Of a stretch of DNA of 38,938 nt, positions 17,722-27,384 are shown piece by piece. Within the stretch, counting starts at the first letter, position 1. Each line of letters begins with the position of its first letter. The translations under genes and the position numbers were made by a program. Under the pieces are notes generated by a model that was not told the origin of the DNA, ran no database searches, and saw nothing but the letters and a program-made list of their open reading frames with translations. The DNA is from Verrucomicrobiota bacterium (GTDB lineage Bacteria > Verrucomicrobiota > Verrucomicrobiia > Methylacidiphilales > JBCBYL01): positions 1 through 38,938 of the forward strand of contig JBCCKL010000002.1 of assembly GCA_039027415.1 (NCBI GenBank). Direction: 5' to 3'.

Positions 17722-18732
17722 ATGGATATTACCCTACCTAAGATCATTTTTGGCTCCAGCGCACTGGGAAATTTGTATGAAATCGTCCCGGATGAAACCA
17801 AGCTCGCAATTGTCGAGAACTGGGTGAAACACCAGTCACCGCTAACGGTCATCGACTCAGCCGGGAAATATGGTGCTGGTCTGGCACTCGAATCCATCGG
17901 CCGCTTCCTGAACGAACTGGATGTTCATCCGGATCAGGTGCTCATCAGCAATAAACTGGGCTGGAAGCAGATTCCGCTCACCACCGAGGAACCTACTTTT
18001 GAGCAAGGCGCCTGGTTTGGCATGACTCATGATGCAGAGCAGAACATCAGCTACGACGGCATTCTGGAATGTTACGAGCAGGGCAATGAACTGCTGGGCA
18101 ACTACACCGCTAAGCTACTTTCCATTCACGACCCGGACGAGTATCTGGCAGCGGCAGGTTCGCCTGAAGCTCAAGTCCAGCGTTATCAGGATATTCTCGA
18201 TGGGTACCGCGCTCTGGCTGAACTCAAAGAACAGGGTAAAGCCCTCGGTATCGGAGTCGGGTCCAAAGACTGGAAGATCATCAAACGCCTTTTTGATGAC
18301 GGCGTGCCACTGGACTGGGTGATGTTTGCCAATACGTTCACTCTGTTGACCCATCCGCCGGAAGTGATTGAATTCATGCAGGAACTCAACGCTGCGGGGA
18401 TCTCCATCATCAACTCTGCAGTATTCAACGCAGGCTTCCTGATCGGGGGTAAATATTTCGACTACGAGATCATCACACCAGAAGGCCGACCGGAACTGTT
18501 CGAATGGCGGGAGAAATTTACTGCCCTGTGCCAGCAGCATGACATCACTCCGGCACTGGCCTGCTGCCAGTTCGGCTTATCGGTGCCGGGCATCGTGGCC
18601 TTGGCGCTGAATACCAGTCGCGCCGAACGCGTCGCGGATAATGTGGCGCTGGTGAATGATACCGTCCCCGCTACTTTCTGGCAGGCCCTGAAGCATGCCG
18701 GACTACTCTCCAATAATTACCCTTACTGTTAA
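17722..18732 (+). CDS. Aldo/keto reductase (D-threo-aldose / L-fucose dehydrogenase-like)
   Basis: 336 aa. AKR-like N-terminus ([10 protein letters not shown]...[10 protein letters not shown]) and TIM-barrel pattern. Substrate not assignable from sequence alone. Confidence 0.8.
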   Translation: MDITLPKIIFGSSALGNLYEIVPDETKLAIVENWVKHQSPLTVIDSAGKYGAGLALESIGRFLNELDVHPDQVLISNKLGWKQIPLTTEEPTFEQGAWFGMTHDAEQNISYDGILECYEQGNELLGNYTAKLLSIHDPDEYLAAAGSPEAQVQRYQDILDGYRALAELKEQGKALGIGVGSKDWKIIKRLFDDGVPLDWVMFANTFTLLTHPPEVIEFMQELNAAGISIINSAVFNAGFLIGGKYFDYEIITPEGRPELFEWREKFTALCQQHDITPALACCQFGLSVPGIVALALNTSRAERVADNVALVNDTVPATFWQALKHAGLLSNNYPYC

Positions 18733-18750
18733 CCTATTAGATTAAAGACT

Positions 18751-19776
18751 ATGAAAGCCATCAGCATCACCGAACCGAATCAATGTGAACTTGTCGAAAT
18801 TCCCGAGCCGGGACAACCGGGCGCAGGCGAAGTACTACTGCGCGTGCGTCAGGTGGGTTACTGCGGATCCGACCTTACCTCCTTCCGGGGATTAAATCCG
18901 ATGGTCAGCTACCCTCGCATTCCCGGCCATGAAATCGGTGCTACCATCGAAGCCGTCGGATCCGACGTACCAGAGGAATGGAGCATCGGAATGAATGTAC
19001 TGGTCTCCCCTTACACCAATTGCGGTGACAAATGCGCTGCCTGCCGGCAGGGACGCTTTAACACCTGCCGCGACAACGAAACCATGGGCGTCCAGCGTGA
19101 TGGAGCCCTGACCGAATTCGTGATCGCTCCATACGAAAAACTGTTTACTTCGGACAAGCTCTCGCTGGAAGAGATGGCACTCGTCGAACCCTTGACCGTC
19201 GGATTCCATGCCGTCGCACGTGGTGCCGTGACCAACACCGATGATGTGGTTGTCTTCGGCTGTGGAGCCATCGGACTAGGTGCGATTGCCGGCGCCTCAG
19301 CACGTAATGCGCGCGTCATCGCGGTCGACATTGACGATGAAAAACTGGCACTGGCTAAACGCTGCGGTGCTACCGACACCATCCACTCGATGAACGAAAA
19401 CCTGCACGATCGGCTGCAGGAAATGACCAGCGGGGAAGGTCCGCAAGTCATGATCGAAGCGGTTGGACTGCCTGCCACTTTCAAAGCCTGCGTGGAAGAA
19501 GTCTGTTTTGCCGGTCGTGTCGTCTACATTGGTTATGCGAAGGCCCCGGTGGAATATGAAACCAAATATTTTGTGATGAAGGAGCTGGATATCCGCGGCT
19601 CACGCAATGCCATGCCGGATGACTTCCGGGCGGTGATAACGCACCTTGAAAGCGGCAAGTTCCCCACGGATGCCGTCATCACCAAAACCGTGCCGTTGGA
19701 AGAGGCACCGGCCGCACTCTCCGGCTGGAGCGAGAATCCCGGCGAAATCACCAAGATTCACGTCACGTTAAGTTAA
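18751..19776 (+). CDS. Zinc-dependent medium-chain alcohol/polyol dehydrogenase
   Basis: 341 aa. Catalytic Zn motif CGSD...PGHEIGATI, structural Zn cluster [16 protein letters not shown], and NAD fold [10 protein letters not shown]. Confidence 0.9.
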   Translation: MKAISITEPNQCELVEIPEPGQPGAGEVLLRVRQVGYCGSDLTSFRGLNPMVSYPRIPGHEIGATIEAVGSDVPEEWSIGMNVLVSPYTNCGDKCAACRQGRFNTCRDNETMGVQRDGALTEFVIAPYEKLFTSDKLSLEEMALVEPLTVGFHAVARGAVTNTDDVVVFGCGAIGLGAIAGASARNARVIAVDIDDEKLALAKRCGATDTIHSMNENLHDRLQEMTSGEGPQVMIEAVGLPATFKACVEEVCFAGRVVYIGYAKAPVEYETKYFVMKELDIRGSRNAMPDDFRAVITHLESGKFPTDAVITKTVPLEEAPAALSGWSENPGEITKIHVTLS

Positions 19777-19789
19777 TCCAATACATTAT

Positions 19790-21034
19790 ATGCAGATCAA
19801 AAAATACACCATCGGTATGGGCGATCGTTTTGCCCATCAGGGCAAAGCCCAACTTCAGGCTGTGCTGAACGCTAAAGATGCCGGCCTAGACATCTACCCC
19901 ACCTGGAATAAATCCTTCCGTGAACACACCATCATCAAAAGCCAGCCACAGGACTTGCGGGACGAAGCAGATGCGGCTGTGGCAGCGCATGGCTGGAACG
20001 GCGACTACTATGTGGATGCCGATCATATCGGCCTTAAGACGGTTGACAGCTTCATCGCAGGCAGCAATTTCTACACTCTGGATGTGGCCGACTTTGTCGG
20101 AGAAACTCCGGAAAATTCCGATGTCGACACCTTCATTACAGCGAATCAGAAGTATCTCGGATCGCTCAACATCCCCGGGATTGATCACCAGTTCGAACTG
20201 ACTGAAAACACCTTGCGCGAGGTTGCTGGGAAGTTTCTGGTGGCCATAAAGGGAGCTAAAGCCATTTATGATCACATCGCTGTAGCAAAAGGTGCGGAGA
20301 ATTTCATTACCGAAGTCTCTATCGATGAAACCGACCTGCCACAGACACCGATCGACTTGTTTCTGATTCTATCCATGATCGCCGCCGAGGGTATTCCGGC
20401 TCAGACCATTGCTCCAAAATTCACCGGCCGTTTCAACAAAGGTGTCGACTACGTGGGCGATCTGACACAGTTCGAAAAAGAGTTCGATGAGGATCTCTAC
20501 GTGATTGCGTTTGCGATTCAGGAATTCGGATTACCGGAAAATTTAAAACTCAGCGTGCACTCCGGCTCAGATAAATTCTCGCTCTACCCCATCATCAACA
20601 AACTGATCCAAAAGCACGATGCCGGACTCCATGTCAAAACGGCAGGCACGACCTGGCTGGAAGAAGTAATCGGCCTAGCTGAATCGGATGGTGATGCATT
20701 AGGGATCGCAGCAGAAGTGTATGCCGGAGCCTATGCCCGCTTTGATGAATTAACCGGTCCTTATGCAACCGTCATCGACATCGATAAAGCAAAGCTCCCC
20801 TTGCCGGAAGAACTCGCCAGCTGGGATTCAACAAAATACGTCAACACCCTGCGCCACGTGCTGGACCATCCGGAATACAACCAGAACTTCCGTCAGTTGA
20901 TTCATGTCGGCTTCAAAGTGGCTGCCGAAATGGGCGAACGTTACACCGATGCCTTGAAAGCCAACGAGGCGATCATCGCACGTAACGTCACCGAGAATCT
21001 ATGGGAGAGGCATATTCGCCCCATCTTTGGTTAA
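19790..21034 (+). CDS. UxaE-like tagaturonate/fructuronate epimerase family protein
   Basis: 414 aa. Blocks GDRFAHQ, DADHIG, EVSIDETDLPQTP, LSVHSGSDKFSLYP, HVKTAGTTWLEEV and FRQLIHVGF match, from memory, the conserved blocks of Thermotoga UxaE. Needs alignment to confirm. Confidence 0.7.
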   Translation: MQIKKYTIGMGDRFAHQGKAQLQAVLNAKDAGLDIYPTWNKSFREHTIIKSQPQDLRDEADAAVAAHGWNGDYYVDADHIGLKTVDSFIAGSNFYTLDVADFVGETPENSDVDTFITANQKYLGSLNIPGIDHQFELTENTLREVAGKFLVAIKGAKAIYDHIAVAKGAENFITEVSIDETDLPQTPIDLFLILSMIAAEGIPAQTIAPKFTGRFNKGVDYVGDLTQFEKEFDEDLYVIAFAIQEFGLPENLKLSVHSGSDKFSLYPIINKLIQKHDAGLHVKTAGTTWLEEVIGLAESDGDALGIAAEVYAGAYARFDELTGPYATVIDIDKAKLPLPEELASWDSTKYVNTLRHVLDHPEYNQNFRQLIHVGFKVAAEMGERYTDALKANEAIIARNVTENLWERHIRPIFG

Positions 21035-21041
21035 TCATTCA

Positions 21042-21698
21042 GTGATACGCTATCGCCTGAGTCTGATTGCACTAGCCCTGTTTCTCGGCGCGGGGTTCTG
21101 TCAGGCAGATTTCAAAGCCAAAGACGGCTTGCTGATCATGGAAGCCGAGTCGCATTCCGGCGGCAAAGGTGACTGGGACAAGGAAACGTTTATTGAAGGC
21201 TATACCGGGGAATGCCATTATGAATTCACTGGTAACAGTATCATGGGGGGCGCTCCGAATTCGGATCTTAAATACAGATTCACGGTCGATAAAGACGGGA
21301 TCTATCACCTATGGATCCGTGCCCATAAGCGTCTGGTCGGAGACGATGGCAAGAAAGCCAAACACGATCTCTGTAATGACTGTTGGATTCGGATGAAAGG
21401 AGATTTTGAATCAGGCAACGATACTCCACTGGAAATACTCGAATCTGATACCAAACTCTACGTTCACGGCAAAAGCGCGGAAACCTGGGATTGGACTCAC
21501 CGCTTGGACTACAAACATCCCGAAACCGGTAAACACAAGTTTTCTGCACCTGTGTATCGGCTGAAAGCAGGTGAAAAATATACCCTGTATATATCGGGAC
21601 GCTCCCGGCGATTCAATATGGACCGCATCGTGCTCAAACATGAAGACATTCCGACGCATGAAGCTCAGGCCCCGGAACAGGCCGAATCAGAACAATAA
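21042..21698 (+). CDS. Secreted hypothetical protein, probable carbohydrate-binding beta-sandwich
   Basis: The ORF track starts at TTG 21027, overlapping the upstream gene. GTG at 21042 gives a clean signal peptide (MIRYRLSLIALALFLGAGFCQA). The pattern LLIMEAES...GDW...GYTGECHYEF...YHLWIRAH...NDCW...WDW...YTLYISGRSRRFNMDRIVL resembles stand-alone CBM-like modules. Confidence 0.65.
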   Translation: MIRYRLSLIALALFLGAGFCQADFKAKDGLLIMEAESHSGGKGDWDKETFIEGYTGECHYEFTGNSIMGGAPNSDLKYRFTVDKDGIYHLWIRAHKRLVGDDGKKAKHDLCNDCWIRMKGDFESGNDTPLEILESDTKLYVHGKSAETWDWTHRLDYKHPETGKHKFSAPVYRLKAGEKYTLYISGRSRRFNMDRIVLKHEDIPTHEAQAPEQAESEQ

Positions 21699-21818
21699 TT
21701 CGGGTTTGCCTCATTCAGGTAATTACTACTCGTGTATAGTTTTCGAGGTTTTATTCGGTAGTTGCTTGTATCATGGCATTTGAATATTCTGGAGGACTGG
21801 TCACACAACTATCCGTAA

Positions 21819-22862
21819 ATGATTAAACTAGTCGATATTGCAGAGGAACTAAGTCTGTCGCGTATCACCGTCTCGGCGGTGCTCAATAACCGACATAAAT
21901 CGATGGGCATCAGTGATGCCACCGCTGAGCGGGTCAAATCTAAAGCCAAAGAAATGGGCTACCGCCGTAACCAGCTGGCGATGGCGATGAAAACCGGTAA
22001 AACCTTCTCATTCGGAGTGCTGATCGGATCATACCAAATGAGGGAGTGGATGGCGCAAACGCTAAAAGGTGGCTACGATACCGTCCGAACCACGGACTAC
22101 ATCCTGAAAGTTGAATTTGCTCCGGATATAACAGAACTCGAAGCAGCACAGGAGCGACTCCTCGGACAACGCATCGAAGGACTCTTTTGTCTGAACCTGC
22201 ACTTTCCCCCAAAGGATGGTATCGCCTTCCGAAAAGCCATCGATAAATACCGCGTTCCGGTTATCGGTAGCGACTGCACCACAGAATTTTCTAATTGCAA
22301 AGTGTCTTCGGACAACAATAAAGCAACTCGATTGGCGCTGGAGCATCTGGTCGAACTAGGACATGAGCGAATCGCTTTTGTAGGTGGTGACACGCTTTCG
22401 GAAGGTGGACTGAAACGGAAAGAATCATTCGTTTCGCTTATGCAAGAAATGAACCTGAACTTACCGGATCACTATTTGCAGTCCTGTGACTGGGATATCA
22501 AAAGTACAGAACAAGCCACCGAGAACTTACTTCAGGCACGTGATCAGGCTCCTACGGCGATCCTTGGTGCCAGTGATATCACCGCAATGATTATCATGCG
22601 TCATGCGCATAAAATGGGCTTCCGCATCCCGGAAGATCTATCGATCATAGGCTACTCCAATCAGAGCATGACCGAATTATCCGATCCGCCACTCACTGTG
22701 CTGGACATGCACCATGGTGAGGTCGGACGGGTCGCATTGCAACAATTGGTGGACGTTGCTGATATTTCTGATCCAGAAAAACGCACTCTCTCGCAACGCA
22801 CCACTTTGATTGATCCAGACTTAGTGCTACGCAATTCCACAGCCGCACCACGCAGAAGCTAA
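21819..22862 (+). CDS. LacI-family transcriptional regulator
   Basis: 347 aa. N-terminal HTH (IKLVDIAEELSLSRITVSAVLNN) followed by a periplasmic-binding-protein-like sugar-binding fold. Confidence 0.9.
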   Translation: MIKLVDIAEELSLSRITVSAVLNNRHKSMGISDATAERVKSKAKEMGYRRNQLAMAMKTGKTFSFGVLIGSYQMREWMAQTLKGGYDTVRTTDYILKVEFAPDITELEAAQERLLGQRIEGLFCLNLHFPPKDGIAFRKAIDKYRVPVIGSDCTTEFSNCKVSSDNNKATRLALEHLVELGHERIAFVGGDTLSEGGLKRKESFVSLMQEMNLNLPDHYLQSCDWDIKSTEQATENLLQARDQAPTAILGASDITAMIIMRHAHKMGFRIPEDLSIIGYSNQSMTELSDPPLTVLDMHHGEVGRVALQQLVDVADISDPEKRTLSQRTTLIDPDLVLRNSTAAPRRS

Positions 22863-22870
22863 CCACTCCA

Positions 22871-24571
22871 ATGTGGCCTGACACATCAATCCAATTCTTT
22901 AAGCCTGCACTTTACTTGTGTAATGTATTCCTTTTTGCCCTGATACTGACTGCGTGTCAGCCTGCTAGCTCGACAAAATCGCCATTTCTTGAGAAACCCA
23001 ATATCATCTTCATCCTCACCGATGATCAGCGCTGGGATTCGGTGGGATTTATGGGCAACGAGATTGTCCATACGCCAAACTTAGATCGTTTGGCCGATGT
23101 AGCGCACGTTTTCAAAAATGCCTTCGTCACATCTGCCATCTGCACACCAAGCCGGGCTTGTTACATGCTCGGCCAGTATGAACGGAAACATGGGATTAAC
23201 TTCAATTCCGGCACCTCCATGTCATCGGATGCCTGGTCACAGTCCTACCCGGCGATCCTCAAGGCCCACGGCTACTTCACCGGCTACATCGGCAAGAACC
23301 ACCTCCCGATTGGCGAACAAGGCTACTACACCGGTCTGATGGAACAGACCTTTGATTACTGGTATGCCGGACACCATCACTTGAGCTTTTATCCGAAACG
23401 TCAGCACAAAATTTTCGATTCTTCAGAAACGGATACTCAGACCGAAGTGCTACAGGAAGGCATACTGGCATTTCTGACTCCCGACTCGAATGCAGCCTTC
23501 ATGCAAAGTGCAAAGAAGTTCGTTAGCCAAAGGCCCGGGGGCCAACCTTTCTGCCTCTCCATCTGCCTCAACCTGCCTCACGGCTCCAGTACCAGCACAA
23601 TGGAACAACTCCCTTCTGATGATGCACTCTACCGGACAGCTTATCGGGAGTTACAGGACACCCTGCCACTACCGCCGCATTACCTTGCCAAAGAAGATAT
23701 TGACGATCCAAAACTCCCCGCTGATGTCCTACTGACTCAGCTGAGACAGACAGGCTATGATTGGGTAAACCAAACAGAAAGTGTGCGTGAGCGTACCATA
23801 CGCACCTATCAGACCATTTCCGGAATTGACCGGATGGTCGGCAAACTACGCGAACAGCTGGAATCCGCCGGACTGGCGGAAAATACCATTATTATTTTCA
23901 GTTCCGATCACGGCCTGTTCTTTGGAGAACACGGGCTGGGAGGCAAATCGCTGTGTTACGAAACCAATCTACGCGTTCCCATGCTGATCTATGATCCACG
24001 CCTGAAGCAGGGTGGCCGTATCGAAGAGCTCGCGCTCTCCATTGACGTGGCCCCCACCATCCTGAGTCTGGCAGGAATCGAGATTCCGGATACCATGCAA
24101 GGTTCGGACCTGACATCGCTGATGCGTGGTGGTGATGTGGTCTGGCGGGATGCTGCATTTGGCGAAAACCTCTGGTCCACCATCTTCGGCAATCCTCGTT
24201 GCGAAACCGTGCGCACGGCAGAATACCGCTACATCCGTTACTTTAAAAATGATAATCTGGAGAAACGCCGTAACACTCCACCGGATCAGCTCTATACCGT
24301 CAGTGCAGAAACTTCCGATACCTATCACGAATGGCTGACGGCATCCATCCATGGAGAGCCACCGGTGTATGAAGAACTCTTTCATATCACCGAAGATCCC
24401 TATGAGGAAACCAACCTAGCCGATCGTCCAGCTTACGCTGAAATTCTGAACGAATTAAGGTCTCGCTGCAATGAACTGGTACGTGAAGCCAAAGGAGATA
24501 TAGACCTGCCGCCATCTACTATCCGAGTTGAACCGCGCTGGACTAAAACCAACTATCGCCAGACTAAATAA
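22871..24571 (+). CDS. Sulfatase (formylglycine-dependent, S1 family), probable lipoprotein
   Basis: 566 aa. Lipobox LTAC. ILTDDQRWD metal site. CTPSR FGly motif at nt 23141-23155. SSDHG. Confidence 0.9.
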   Translation: MWPDTSIQFFKPALYLCNVFLFALILTACQPASSTKSPFLEKPNIIFILTDDQRWDSVGFMGNEIVHTPNLDRLADVAHVFKNAFVTSAICTPSRACYMLGQYERKHGINFNSGTSMSSDAWSQSYPAILKAHGYFTGYIGKNHLPIGEQGYYTGLMEQTFDYWYAGHHHLSFYPKRQHKIFDSSETDTQTEVLQEGILAFLTPDSNAAFMQSAKKFVSQRPGGQPFCLSICLNLPHGSSTSTMEQLPSDDALYRTAYRELQDTLPLPPHYLAKEDIDDPKLPADVLLTQLRQTGYDWVNQTESVRERTIRTYQTISGIDRMVGKLREQLESAGLAENTIIIFSSDHGLFFGEHGLGGKSLCYETNLRVPMLIYDPRLKQGGRIEELALSIDVAPTILSLAGIEIPDTMQGSDLTSLMRGGDVVWRDAAFGENLWSTIFGNPRCETVRTAEYRYIRYFKNDNLEKRRNTPPDQLYTVSAETSDTYHEWLTASIHGEPPVYEELFHITEDPYEETNLADRPAYAEILNELRSRCNELVREAKGDIDLPPSTIRVEPRWTKTNYRQTK

Positions 24572-24580
24572 ATTACCACT

Positions 24581-26062
24581 ATGAAAACCAAGATCTTTAT
24601 TCCAATGTTCGCGCTTGTCACCGCTCTCGCGTTTCAAGTCAGTGCAGATGAGAAGCCTAACTTTCTAGTCATTGTCTGTGACGACCTGGGCTACGCAGAT
24701 GTTGGCTTTCAGGGCTCGGAAATCGTAGATACACCCATTCTGGATTCACTGGCTGAGAATGGTGTCATCTTCAAAAGCGGCTATGTGACACACCCCTACT
24801 GCGGCCCATCCCGAGCCGGTCTGATTACCGGGCGTTACCAGGCCCGTTTTGGGATGGAGATCAATCTGACCTATTCTCCGTTTGATCTTCATCAGGGACT
24901 GCCACTGAATGAGCAGACTTTCGCCAAACGATTACAAACTGCCGGCTACCGGACAGGTGCGATCGGGAAATGGCATCTGGGTGCCTCACAGCCGTTCCAT
25001 CCGAACAGTCGCGGCTTCGATTACTTCTACGGTTTCCTCTCCGGCGGACACGACTATTTCCCGGAGATGGTGAGCACTCACCCGCCGCTGCTTCTGCCGA
25101 ATGGTAAACCGCACTACAGTCATAACGAGGGCTGTACCCAGCCCCTGCTGCGCAACATGAATGCAGCCGAATTTGATGAATACCTGACCACCGCACTGAG
25201 TAAGGACGCCGCACGTTTCGTGAAAGATAGCGAGAAGCCCTTCTGCCTGTATCTTGCATACAACGCACCTCACGGTCCCTTGCATGCTCCGAAGGAACTC
25301 ATTGAAAAGTATAGCAAAAAGGTTGAGAACAAACAGCGTGCCACCTATCTGGCGATGATCGACTCGATGGATCACGGAATTGGTCTGGTTGTCGATGCCC
25401 TGAAGGAAACCGGAAAATTCGAAAACACTCTGATTTTCTTCCTGTCGGATAATGGCGGTGTACAACCCAAACCTAATCATATGAACGAAACCTGGGCAGA
25501 CAACGGTCCGCTGCGTAACGGTAAAGGCAGTATGCGGGAAGGCGGCAGCCGCGTACCGTTTATCGCTCACTGGCCCAAGGGAATCAAAGCTGGCATAAAA
25601 TATGAAATGCCGATTTCCTCATTGGACATCGCCGCCACCACGGTCGCACTCGGAGGTGGTGATACTTCCGGCAAACCCCTGGAAGGCGTAAATCTAGTCC
25701 CCTATCTCAATGGAGAGAAATCAGGCCCGCCGCATCAGGCCATCTTCTGGCGCACTAATAACGGGATCAGCTGGTGCGTCCGCACACCGGAGGCCAAGTT
25801 CCTGCTGGAAAGTCACGGCGCCACCGAGCCCGAGCTCTACGATATGGTGAATGATCCATACGAATCCAAAAACATCATCGATGAAAAACCGGAACTGCGC
25901 CAGCAGCTCGCCAAGCTCTGGAATGAGTGGAACACACAAAACCAGACTACTTACCTGCTACAGGCTGGTAACTATCAGAAAAAACGCCTCGAGATGTATC
26001 AGAAGCTCAACGAGGAACTCAAAGAAAAGGCCAAGAAAGTTAAGCCGCTGGTGGTAGAATAA
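24581..26062 (+). CDS. Sulfatase (S1 family), secreted
   Basis: 493 aa. Signal peptide MKTKIFIPMFALVTALAFQVSA. VCDDLGYAD, CGPSRAGLITGR FGly motif, LSDNGG. Confidence 0.9.
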   Translation: MKTKIFIPMFALVTALAFQVSADEKPNFLVIVCDDLGYADVGFQGSEIVDTPILDSLAENGVIFKSGYVTHPYCGPSRAGLITGRYQARFGMEINLTYSPFDLHQGLPLNEQTFAKRLQTAGYRTGAIGKWHLGASQPFHPNSRGFDYFYGFLSGGHDYFPEMVSTHPPLLLPNGKPHYSHNEGCTQPLLRNMNAAEFDEYLTTALSKDAARFVKDSEKPFCLYLAYNAPHGPLHAPKELIEKYSKKVENKQRATYLAMIDSMDHGIGLVVDALKETGKFENTLIFFLSDNGGVQPKPNHMNETWADNGPLRNGKGSMREGGSRVPFIAHWPKGIKAGIKYEMPISSLDIAATTVALGGGDTSGKPLEGVNLVPYLNGEKSGPPHQAIFWRTNNGISWCVRTPEAKFLLESHGATEPELYDMVNDPYESKNIIDEKPELRQQLAKLWNEWNTQNQTTYLLQAGNYQKKRLEMYQKLNEELKEKAKKVKPLVVE

Positions 26063-26064
26063 GC

Positions 26065-27384
26065 ATGAACGCCACCCGCCCCAACATCGTCATGCTGGTG
26101 GCGGACGACCACGAGAGTCGTGCCATGGGCTGGAGGGGCCATGCCGCCGTTCAGACTCCCCATCTGGATCGACTCGCACATCAGGGCACCGCTTTCACCC
26201 GTGCCTATCATGCTGGAGGTTGCGATGATGCGGTGTGTATCCCCACCCGTGCCAGCCTGCTGACCGGCATGGATTGCCATCATGCTTTACAGGGCGGTCG
26301 CGATGTTATCAATCCCGACCGGATCACCCTGCCGCAACACTTCAGACATTGCGGCTACCACGCTTACGTGAGCGGCAAATGGCACAATGATCTGGCGAGT
26401 CTGACCCGCAGCTTCGATGACGGTGCCGCTGTCTTTGCCGGTGGCATGAATGATCACTACGCTACTCCAATCCGTCCGTTCGACCCGCGGGGTGAGTTCC
26501 CTGAAAACGAGGTAACAACGTGTGAGCGCTTTGCTACTGATCACTTTTGTGATACCGCTGCTGAATTTATCCGCACGTATGATCGTCAAGAGCCCTTCTT
26601 TCTCTACACCGCCTTTACTGCGCCGCACGATCCACGCACACCGCCGGCTGAACATGCCGACGGATACAATTCTGAAGACATTCCGCTACCAGCTAATTTT
26701 CAACCCGAACATCCTTTCGACCTTGGAGTCCGTGATATCCGAGATGAAATGCTGACATCCTATCCACGCACGACGGAACGAATCCGCGAAGAAATAGCCG
26801 CCTATTACGGAATGATCACTGCCATGGATACCGGCATCGGCCAAATCGTCAACGCATTGAAACAAAGCGGTCTGCTGGAAAACACCATCATCCTCTACAC
26901 CGGGGACCACGGCTTGGCTGTCGGACAACACGGTCTGCTGGGCAAGCAGAATCTCTACGAACACAGCTCGCGGGTACCACTGATTTTGTACGGACCGGGG
27001 ATACCCAAAAATCGGATCAGCAGTGCGCTCGTCTACAGTTGGGACACCTTCCCTACCCTATGCGAGCTCTGCCAAGTATCCATACCCGCAGATTTGGATG
27101 CACACAGCTTAGCCCCTGTGATTTCTGGCACGGCCGACAACTTCCGTGAGAGGATTTTCTGCCAATACCAGCAGACCCAGCGGATGCTCTCCGAAACGCG
27201 CTGGAAACTCATTCTGACCTCTTGGAGAGGGCAGAGTCACGTGCAACTCTTTGATCTCGAGCAAGATCCGGATGAACTTCAGAATCTGGCATCCCATCCG
27301 GACTGCCGCCAGCATGTGGAGCGCCTGACCAATCAGTTAGCTTCCTCGCCCGCTGGATTACCGTATCACTTTACACATGATTAG
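26065..27384 (+). CDS. Sulfatase (S1 family) without a recognisable signal peptide
   Basis: 439 aa. Begins MNATRPNIVMLVADDH directly at the metal-binding strand. CIPTRASLLTG FGly motif. TGDHG. Confidence 0.9.
   Translation: MNATRPNIVMLVADDHESRAMGWRGHAAVQTPHLDRLAHQGTAFTRAYHAGGCDDAVCIPTRASLLTGMDCHHALQGGRDVINPDRITLPQHFRHCGYHAYVSGKWHNDLASLTRSFDDGAAVFAGGMNDHYATPIRPFDPRGEFPENEVTTCERFATDHFCDTAAEFIRTYDRQEPFFLYTAFTAPHDPRTPPAEHADGYNSEDIPLPANFQPEHPFDLGVRDIRDEMLTSYPRTTERIREEIAAYYGMITAMDTGIGQIVNALKQSGLLENTIILYTGDHGLAVGQHGLLGKQNLYEHSSRVPLILYGPGIPKNRISSALVYSWDTFPTLCELCQVSIPADLDAHSLAPVISGTADNFRERIFCQYQQTQRMLSETRWKLILTSWRGQSHVQLFDLEQDPDELQNLASHPDCRQHVERLTNQLASSPAGLPYHFTHD

Noticed and set aside
21027-21041. 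TTG start at 21027 for the secreted protein, overlapping the UxaE-like gene
   Set aside because: GTG at 21042 lies just after the upstream stop and yields a canonical signal peptide. The extra five residues (MVNHS) add nothing. Kept only as an alternative.
24986-25570. 194-aa minus-strand ORF (and similar ones at 19011-19484, 3257-3688, 9478-9870 and 13827-14174)
   Set aside because: All lie fully inside, and antisense to, CDSs with unambiguous catalytic motifs. No independent support.
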